NCBI GenBank assembly: GCA_963764165.1
Contig: CAVXRD010000003.1
Coordinates: 608,001 to 672,000 of the forward strand
Reading direction: 5' to 3'
Source: an uncultured Verrucomicrobiae bacterium
GTDB taxonomy: Bacteria; Verrucomicrobiota; Verrucomicrobiia; Limisphaerales; Palsa-1400
DNA: 64,000 nucleotides
Positions within the stretch are counted from its first letter, which is position 1. Each line of letters begins with the position of its first letter. The notes under the pieces were generated by a model, which was not told where the DNA came from, made no database searches, and was given only the letters and a program-made list of their open reading frames with translations. The position numbers and the translations under genes were made by a program. Below are positions 17,045 through 24,370 of the stretch, in pieces.

Positions 17045-18463
17045 TTAATAGGCTTCGACAAAAACCGCACTTTGCACAGCTTTTGGTGTTACCTGGGGTT
17101 TTGACTCAAAAGCAAAGGGTGGTTCAACCGTTTCGCCTTGCCTCCCGTAAGCGGTTTTCCTTAATGCTGGATTGAATCCGAAGCGGTTTAGAAATTCAGC
17201 TTTGAGAAGTTCCTCAACTGGCGTCGCAAATTCAGGCAAAGTCAAAATTGAGTCGTGAATAGTTAAGACAGGAAATTTTGATCCCCTTGCAATTTTGCCG
17301 ATAACCCCATAAATCACAATATCGGCCTCTTGTTTCTGGAGCCACAAGGCGCAATGCCTATGGTGGGGGTATTTCAAGTCCTGAATTTTTTGAAACAACA
17401 CGGGAAACCGACGTGCGAACGCTTGGCACAATTTGCTTGGCCTTTGCCAAATCCGATCAAAAAACACCTGAGTAAAAACAGCCTGTTTTAATTCTTTCCG
17501 TCTATCAGGGCCAAACGGATTTTCAAGTTCCCAATCAAGAGCCTCATAAAAAAGTCCGCTTCGGACAATACTCTGATAATCTTCGCGCTCATGCTCGCCG
17601 TTGTAAAGACCCAGGAGCAGCAGTGGTTGACAATTCGCAATATCAATTTCCACGAGCGGTCTTTTATCCAACCTCAAGAATGGACGCAGGTCTTTAGGTA
17701 AACTGGTTACGTTATTAAAAACCCTACCAGTATTCTTATCGAAACAGAAAAAACCCTCGCGCCCGCGAATCCACCCTGCGCTACGGTAGTAATAATCCTG
17801 TTGGCGTATATTGGAGAATTGGAATCCCTCCAAATATCTTTCGACCCCCGCATCAATCGTAACTTGTTCAAGCGATTGGGCTAGGAACTCGTGCTCCAAA
17901 CAATTCTTTACGTGACGGAACTTGGGCACCGTCGCTAACGCAATAGCTCCCTTTATCGGAATCGACTGTCTCACTTCTTTGAACCGCGCACTCTGATACG
18001 GCTCACGGAATCTGTAGCCTTTACACTTCCCATTTACTACATAATGATTATCGGTTTCCAAAATGTTTAATCTGACTAAAACATTTTTGGCTTCGCTGGC
18101 AAAGCGTGACCCCAACAAGCCCTCAATAATTTTACTGCTTATAGGGGTGAAATCGTCGTCCGTGAAGGCCTTATTCCATCGTGCTCTATAAACCACCGTT
18201 AAAATATAAAGCAGCTTCCATGCATGGCGTATCCAGTATCTTTCCTGCGCAACTTCGAGCGCTTTGATTAAATCTAAGTTTTCTGGGCAATAAAACTTGT
18301 ATTCAGTCGCTTTTGCAGAACATAAGGGAGGAGGAATAAATGATATTGATTTATTATTTAATGAAGGTATTAAAGTATTGTTATTGTTTAATGTAGATAT
18401 ACCTTTAAGTATATTTACATTAAATGATTGCTCTCGCACTTTGATGTTTAATTGTTTGGTCAT
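17045..18463 (-). CDS. Stand-alone family-A DNA polymerase-like protein with no recognisable exonuclease domains
   Basis: TGRVF..LPK, motif A-like VEIDIANCQPLLL, motif B-like RKELKQAVF, LQKQEA, motif C-like LTIHDSIL; AAGGA RBS. Confidence 0.7.
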   Translation of the reverse strand: MTKQLNIKVREQSFNVNILKGISTLNNNNTLIPSLNNKSISFIPPPLCSAKATEYKFYCPENLDLIKALEVAQERYWIRHAWKLLYILTVVYRARWNKAFTDDDFTPISSKIIEGLLGSRFASEAKNVLVRLNILETDNHYVVNGKCKGYRFREPYQSARFKEVRQSIPIKGAIALATVPKFRHVKNCLEHEFLAQSLEQVTIDAGVERYLEGFQFSNIRQQDYYYRSAGWIRGREGFFCFDKNTGRVFNNVTSLPKDLRPFLRLDKRPLVEIDIANCQPLLLLGLYNGEHEREDYQSIVRSGLFYEALDWELENPFGPDRRKELKQAVFTQVFFDRIWQRPSKLCQAFARRFPVLFQKIQDLKYPHHRHCALWLQKQEADIVIYGVIGKIARGSKFPVLTIHDSILTLPEFATPVEELLKAEFLNRFGFNPALRKTAYGRQGETVEPPFAFESKPQVTPKAVQSAVFVEAY

Positions 18464-18478
18464 TTAAAGTCCTTTGCC

Positions 18479-19240
18479 TTATGCGGCCATGACTTGAGTG
18501 CATTCGCCACTCTTGTAAAGGTTTTGTATAAGCTCCTGCTCCCTAAGCCAGTATTGCTTAGTATGGATATACGAACCATGACTCCGCCGTGACCGCACAA
18601 CAGTTCCATTTGTGATTTTCACATTGTCGGGCAAAATGAAAATCTCCTTTTCCTTTCGTTCCAAAAATAAACCCAAAACGTACTTTTTTTCACAGAAACC
18701 ATAGAGGCAAAATCTAAGCGGATGGGGTTGCCTATTTACAGCAAACCATTCGGCTTTGCTCTTAGAGAGGGTCCAACTGAAACCGAATATGTTATAGACA
18801 GTCGCAGCACGGTAAACGCGGAGTTTGTCGGGGAGTTTGGATAACGTCATTTGTTCCTCCTCTGTCATCATGTCTTGATGATCTGGCTTTTTAAGGTCAA
18901 GCAACGATTCTATTAACGGCATGTCCTCCCAACTGTTTTCACAGCAAGTCCAGATAAATCTAAATGCGCGCCAAAACTCGGAATCTGTTAGGTGATTTTT
19001 GACTGCATCCAGTATTGTAAACCGAAAAGGCGCACTCACACAGCGGAAAAACCCTGTCCAATTTCTTTTGCGGGCGTGGGCTATCATTTGTTCCACAAGA
19101 CCACCAGGAACACCGTTTATGGTCGCCCATAGCTCTGGATGCTGACTTATTGGATTGTCACATTCAATAAACGTCGTTGTCACGTTAGGTGTATTGTGTG
19201 GATTTGCGTTCACTGTCGTTTTATCAGTTCTGTTTAACAT
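18479..19240 (-). CDS. Hypothetical protein with putative R-S-E ADP-ribosyltransferase fold
   Basis: VYRA...FSWT...AEWFA...EKEIFI pattern in the C-terminal half. Confidence 0.55.
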   Translation of the reverse strand: MLNRTDKTTVNANPHNTPNVTTTFIECDNPISQHPELWATINGVPGGLVEQMIAHARKRNWTGFFRCVSAPFRFTILDAVKNHLTDSEFWRAFRFIWTCCENSWEDMPLIESLLDLKKPDHQDMMTEEEQMTLSKLPDKLRVYRAATVYNIFGFSWTLSKSKAEWFAVNRQPHPLRFCLYGFCEKKYVLGLFLERKEKEIFILPDNVKITNGTVVRSRRSHGSYIHTKQYWLREQELIQNLYKSGECTQVMAA

Positions 19241-19247
19241 AGAACAG

Positions 19248-19276
19248 ATTTTACAATGTTTTTATTGTCGAGTCAA
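19248..19276 (-). promoter_or_regulatory. Sigma70-type promoter, probably leaderless, for the ART-like/PolA-like operon
   Basis: TTGACT-17 nt-TAAAAT ending 7 nt before the ATG at 19240. Confidence 0.65.
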
Positions 19277-19820
19277 GCTAAGAGTTAAAAATTTGTTATG
19301 TTGAACATTCGTTAAACAAATAGTTTTGCACGCTTGGAAACCGAGAATTTTGTTAATTGAATAGTTGTGAAACGATCCTTTGGCTAAGTATTTATTTGTA
19401 GTAGTAAGTATTATGTCTTTGGACGGGGCACTTTTTACGGATCGTCCAAAACCATCTGACCAACAGAGTTTGCCAGCAAAAGGTTTTGGTACAAATAGTT
19501 TTCGGTTTGCTGGTGCGGATGGATGGCCAGCCCGTCGGGCAAACTCTGATTATTTTATAGTACAGAAAGCTTTAAGGAGGGTTGCGGAAAGATGACGCAT
19601 GTTGCGTCTGAAAAAGTTCTTTTTGATTTGATGCCCGTGCTCGTTTGATAAATTGGCAGCGGGGCGTGGCAAATTAAATTGAATTGATTTATTTTGGACA
19701 CCGTGTTTCCTGTGGGCGTGGCAGATCCAGAACATACGCCAGTCACGAATAGGGCACTTTGGTTCACAGGCGAGTGGAAAAGCGTTCTCTTTTTCGGCTC
19801 CAGAACTTTCTTGGAAGATT

Positions 19821-20873
19821 ATGGAACTAAAAGACCTTGAACAACAATATAGATTGTTTGCTCCACTTGGCCAACAATTCACGGGCGAATTGACACGCCA
19901 ATTGCACGAGCTATTGACGCAACAGAATGTTTCTTTAGGCTGTCCTATCCAATCCAGAGTAAAGGAATGGATTTCAATTTCCGAGAAGATTGAGCGCAAA
20001 TCGCTCCAACTTGAGAGCATCAATGATATTCCTGACTTAATTGGACTGAGAGTGATATTGCTATTTCAGCGAAGCGTCTCAGATGTTTGTGAACTTATCA
20101 AAAGTAATTTTGTAGTCCTAAAGGCCGAAAATGTTCACGAAAGGCTTGCTGCTAGTGAATTTGGATATTCATCGGTTCATTTCCAGATTAAACCACCTGA
20201 CGCATGGTTGAGCGTCCCGACTTTAAAGAGAATTGGTAAGCTCAAAGCGGAGATCCAAGTTAGGACTGTCGCGCAACACATTTGGGCATCGGCCTCGCAT
20301 GTTTTACAATATAAGCAAAAGAAAGGTGTGCCGCCATCGGTTCGCAGGGCAATTTTTCGTGTTTCGGCTCTTTTGGAAACTGTGGACTTGGAATTTGAAA
20401 GGGTTTTGATTGAACGCGCATTATATTTGGCGAATGTTCAAACTGATACGTCTGCGGAAATACTCAACGTGGATTTACTTGCAAAAATTCTGGACGAATT
20501 GCTCCCGCAGGATAATAAAGCACAAGGAGAGGAGGATTATGCGACTCTTCTTACGGACTTAGCCGATTTTGGGATCAAGACCAATGTTGAACTCAGGAAT
20601 TTAATCCAGGAGACCAAGACTTCGATAATGCTCGCGGACAGGAAAAGAGTTTTGGAAGAGCTACATGAAAAGCATGAGCGAGAGAACGCTGAGGACACAC
20701 CGTTGAATATTATTGTCGATGACGAGAGGCTTGATCGTGGCGTGTTTTTTTCTCACGTAGGGCTTGTAAGAATCGCACTTGCGAACAAATTTGGGACTAA
20801 ATGGGAGGACTACGCCATGCTACGTTGGCGCAGTGGCCAAAGTTCCAATTCCGATGAAGAAATTCAAAATTAA
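19821..20873 (+). CDS. RelA/SpoT-domain small alarmone synthetase-like protein with C-terminal extension
   Basis: SRVKEWISISEKIERK, DLIGLRVI, GYSSVH and EIQVRTVAQHIWA...YK motifs; no HD domain. Confidence 0.88.
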   Translation: MELKDLEQQYRLFAPLGQQFTGELTRQLHELLTQQNVSLGCPIQSRVKEWISISEKIERKSLQLESINDIPDLIGLRVILLFQRSVSDVCELIKSNFVVLKAENVHERLAASEFGYSSVHFQIKPPDAWLSVPTLKRIGKLKAEIQVRTVAQHIWASASHVLQYKQKKGVPPSVRRAIFRVSALLETVDLEFERVLIERALYLANVQTDTSAEILNVDLLAKILDELLPQDNKAQGEEDYATLLTDLADFGIKTNVELRNLIQETKTSIMLADRKRVLEELHEKHERENAEDTPLNIIVDDERLDRGVFFSHVGLVRIALANKFGTKWEDYAMLRWRSGQSSNSDEEIQN

Positions 20874-20951
20874 TTTTGCCTTGAAATAGGAGATTGCTTT
20901 GAATTCGACCAAGTTTGGGCCAAATAAGAAGAGACGGAAGTCAGAGCCTTT

Positions 20952-21797
20952 TTATTGCGTTTTCGGTTTTGTCGGTGGACGCAACAAAACAACCTGATGA
21001 CGGTATGGCTTGGATGTGGCTTTCCAAGTTTGGAATAAGTTTACCGTGTTGAATGCCTTCATTTGTTCCTTTTCCCCCGACAATTGCTTTCCGTGCGCTG
21101 TAAATTTGGCTCGTACATAATCGTTTAGGTCGACAGGAACGACAAAATGCTCCATGCGCCCCATTTCTAAAAAGAACCAACAAAGCGTTTTCATTTTCTG
21201 ACAAGTGCTGCCAACAAGTGAGTTTGAAAGTTGCTCCGTGCCCGTCGGTACGTCATGTTCAATTATCGCATCCTCATACATGGAGTGGAAAACCTTTGGT
21301 TCTACAAAAGTTTTGAAAATGAGCGCGTACGCTTCGTTAGACACTACCGTTCCTGCGAGCTGACATTGTGCGCCTAGTCTGTGCGCGTCCATGATTGCTT
21401 TACCTACAAAACACCGCTTGCTTATCATTACGTCGCCAACGTGAACCGCGCCGCGCATGGGCAACCCTAGTTCAAACATTCTGCGGTTGATGTATGCGGC
21501 AAGAATCGCAAAAAAAATCAGATTGAATTTTATTGTGTCAGGTTTATCTGTAGCTTTTAATTCCAGCGCAACAAAAATCGTATCGGAAAATGTGAGCCAT
21601 CTCAACCGCTCTTTCACCTCGTTTATCTTGTCTTGCGGCGTGTCATTCTTTTCGTCCAATCCGTGTAACAATAACTCTGGGACTTCAGTTTCAAAATCAT
21701 CCATTACTTTCAGCACCCTTTCTGCATTGCCGAAATCACAGTTTTCGCAAAAACTTGTAAATCCCAAAACGTCAAAGAGTCCGAAAATGCAATTCAT
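20952..21797 (-). CDS. Class III nucleotide cyclase-fold protein
   Basis: FDVLGF, FSDTI, MRGAVHVG and GKAIMDAHRL motifs. Confidence 0.7.
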   Translation of the reverse strand: MNCIFGLFDVLGFTSFCENCDFGNAERVLKVMDDFETEVPELLLHGLDEKNDTPQDKINEVKERLRWLTFSDTIFVALELKATDKPDTIKFNLIFFAILAAYINRRMFELGLPMRGAVHVGDVMISKRCFVGKAIMDAHRLGAQCQLAGTVVSNEAYALIFKTFVEPKVFHSMYEDAIIEHDVPTGTEQLSNSLVGSTCQKMKTLCWFFLEMGRMEHFVVPVDLNDYVRAKFTAHGKQLSGEKEQMKAFNTVNLFQTWKATSKPYRHQVVLLRPPTKPKTQ

Positions 21798-22210
21798 ATC
21801 TTAAAATGAGACGAAACAGTTAAATTTAAAGTAATTTGTCCGCTAATAATGGCTTTTGGCCTAAAGTTGGAAAGATTTTAAGGCAAATAAGGAGGAGCAC
21901 GGGCGCGGTTAAAACCCGCCAAGGATGCGTCCTTTGCTCTCTCAGGGGCATTTTTCTGGTGTCACCCCATGTTGACCCACTTTGGACGGAAGGCGGGGCA
22001 GGACGCCTTTGGGGGACTTGCTCAGATAGTCGAAAAGAGCCGAAACGGGCAATTCTTGAAAATCTCAGGTTAATTAGGGCGAAAAGGGGGTGGGGACTGC
22101 CAGCAAAACTGCCAGCAAAAAGCAGGCTTGAGCATTGAAAGACTGATGGGAATTATACTTGATTTGCCTGTGAGAAATGGTAAAATTTTCCTTGATAAGG
22201 GCATACGGGT

Positions 22211-22235
22211 TTCGAGTCCTACCTTTGGAGCCATT
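22211..22235 (+). repeat. att core, right copy
   Basis: Exact 25-bp copy of 12106-12130. Confidence 0.93.
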
Positions 22236-22292
22236 CGACTCGGCCTTTGACGCCTCGCTCATGGCGAGCCGCAAAAGGCCGAGTCGAATGGC
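22230..22292. repeat. Long palindromic (REP-like) hairpin at the island's right junction
   Basis: 19-bp perfect IR GCCATTCGACTCGGCCTTT / AAAGGCCGAGTCGAATGGC with inner CTCGC/GCGAG stem. Confidence 0.8.
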
Positions 22293-22356
22293 CCCGAGCA
22301 AGCGAAGCGCGCCGAGGGACTTTCCCGCAATTCCATGATCCGTGTCAGTTGAATGG

Positions 22357-23121
22357 CTAGTCTGCGTGCGACAGGAGCGCCTTCTCCAATTCATTCTTAA
22401 ACTTTGGGGAGACGACGCATGTCAGATGGCCGGCGTGCGGAATGATAATCACTGGCCAGTCCGCGCGAATTTGTTGCAGGGGTTCGATATAGAGCCTCCG
22501 GCATGGATCGGATTCGCCCGCGATGATTGTCACCGGAACCCGGATCGCTTTAACCTGATCTTCGCTGACCGCGAGCTTGGCCATGCCGTGGACGCAAGCC
22601 GGCGGCACGGGCGTGTTGTCGCGCCCGGGAAGAATCTCCCAGAATCGTTGCAGCGCGCTGCCATCTTTCAGCCAACCCATTCCTCCGAGCACGGCAGACT
22701 TCACGCGGTCCGGGTGAAGCGCGAGTAGTTTCATCGTGATCATGCCGCCGAGCGAATAACCAACCACGTGCGCTTTTTGAATGTGCAGATGGTCCATCAG
22801 GCGCACCACGTCTTCCGCCATTTCCGGGCCGTATTTATCTTCTTCGGCGGGCTTTCCTGATTCGCCGTGCCCCCTGTTGTCAAACGTAATAACCTGAAAG
22901 CGCTTCGATAGCCGAAGCGTCGTTCCAGGGGCGTCCCAATTCTTCTGGGCGCTGGAATAAAGGCCGTGAATCAGAATGACTGGCTCGCCTTGTCCAACGA
23001 CATGATAGTGAATCTTGACCCCGCCCGAATCGAACTCGTCAGCGCGAGCCGTCGAAATGCCAGCCATCAAAACTACCGCCGAGAGCCACAGCGAAAACTT
23101 CCATCGCGTCATCCTTTTCAT
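22357..23121 (-). CDS. Secreted alpha/beta hydrolase
   Basis: Signal peptide; ILIHG, DNRGHGES, GYSLGG nucleophile elbow, GH. Confidence 0.9.
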   Translation of the reverse strand: MKRMTRWKFSLWLSAVVLMAGISTARADEFDSGGVKIHYHVVGQGEPVILIHGLYSSAQKNWDAPGTTLRLSKRFQVITFDNRGHGESGKPAEEDKYGPEMAEDVVRLMDHLHIQKAHVVGYSLGGMITMKLLALHPDRVKSAVLGGMGWLKDGSALQRFWEILPGRDNTPVPPACVHGMAKLAVSEDQVKAIRVPVTIIAGESDPCRRLYIEPLQQIRADWPVIIIPHAGHLTCVVSPKFKNELEKALLSHAD

Positions 23122-23143
23122 ATAACACCCATCAATGTGAGAC

Positions 23144-24292
23144 TCAGTGTTTCAATCCCATCACAAGCAGTATCAAATCGACAATGAACAATAGCACAAT
23201 CGTGACTTCCAGGGTCAGCATCCATTGATTGATTCTATCCTGGCTTAGCAATTGGTAAAGGTCGTCGAGAGTGTCGAGTTTCTTGTCAATCGTGCGGTGC
23301 CAGTCGCCAAGATGAAATCGCGCGGCGATATTTTCGTAAAGGCGCGCCACATGCCAATCGCCGAAAAACTTTGTGATGTTTGACATCTCGTCGCTGAAAC
23401 GAGCCAGATCAACGCGAATTTCGCGCAACTCCCGCATGACCTCCCTGCTCCGCCGCGGCTGGCGCGCGAGATCGCGGTAAGACCGCTCCAAGGCCGCGTC
23501 AAGAATTCGATCATACGCCTCCAACTCGGCGAGCTGCAGATTCGCCAGCTCGAGCACGTAAAGAATTTCGTCCAATTGCCCGGGCTCCTGCACGATTAAC
23601 GCGGCGTCCCAGTCCAGCACCGCGAGATCGTTCTCGTAATAGCTGAGGTAGCGGCCCGTCGATTCGTCGGCTTCCTGGCGCGAAAGCTGGTCGACGTCCT
23701 CCTCTTGCGTCAGCAGAGCCGCAACCTCCCGGCGGTGCTGCTGCAGCCAGTCCTCGGCGGTGAGGGGCTGCTCGTCCTTGGCGGCCAGGGGGGCGTCAAT
23801 ACAAAAAACCGTATACGCCTCTTCGTCCGCCAATTGCGGAACCGGCTTGATGAGGTAGGGCGCCAGTTCGGCCCGCGCCTCTTCGGCGATTTGCCGGACT
23901 TCGTGGCTTAATTGGCCGTTGGAAAATTCAATGTCGTGGAAGCCAACCAAATCCTTGATTGCCGGCACGTCGAACGGCACCGAGACGGTGATGCTGATGG
24001 CGCCCACGGGCAAGAGCTTCAGGCTGCGTTCAATGCGAACGGGGCCGCTGGGGCCGATGCGCTCCATCGGCGGTAGGCGCACCATTTGCGGGCGGTAAAA
24101 GAACAAATGGCGGGGATTGCGCCGGCTCGTATCGACCGAGAATTGCGCCACTGGCTGGCCCAGCAATTGCGGAATCGGCGCGCGAGCCATCTCGTAAGCC
24201 ACGTCGAAAGCGAAGATGTAGATGACCTTTCCGGTGTATCGTTTTACGCCCCGGCGCACACGCAATGTTTCCGGCATTTCGAGCATCTCCAC
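23144..24292 (-). CDS. Conserved hypothetical protein with C-terminal TM (RMD1/DUF155-like architecture)
   Basis: Long ORF; LELANLQLAELEAYD; terminal LEVTIVLLFIVDL helix. Confidence 0.65.
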   Translation of the reverse strand: MEMLEMPETLRVRRGVKRYTGKVIYIFAFDVAYEMARAPIPQLLGQPVAQFSVDTSRRNPRHLFFYRPQMVRLPPMERIGPSGPVRIERSLKLLPVGAISITVSVPFDVPAIKDLVGFHDIEFSNGQLSHEVRQIAEEARAELAPYLIKPVPQLADEEAYTVFCIDAPLAAKDEQPLTAEDWLQQHRREVAALLTQEEDVDQLSRQEADESTGRYLSYYENDLAVLDWDAALIVQEPGQLDEILYVLELANLQLAELEAYDRILDAALERSYRDLARQPRRSREVMRELREIRVDLARFSDEMSNITKFFGDWHVARLYENIAARFHLGDWHRTIDKKLDTLDDLYQLLSQDRINQWMLTLEVTIVLLFIVDLILLVMGLKH

Positions 24293-24370
24293 ATATTAGC
24301 GCAGAATTGAACCCGCGCCAAAGCCGAATTGCGCATGCAGAAAGGCAGCGACGCCTCGGCGAGGCGACTT

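Larger units (their letters stand above)
12131..22235. mobile_element. Integrated genomic island (~10.1 kb) at tRNA-Asn
   Basis: 25-bp direct repeat of the tRNA 3' end, adjacent tyrosine recombinase, visibly more AT-rich than the flanks. Confidence 0.92.

Noticed and set aside
12131..22235. Prophage or ICE call for the island
   Set aside because: No recognisable structural, packaging, lysis or conjugation genes
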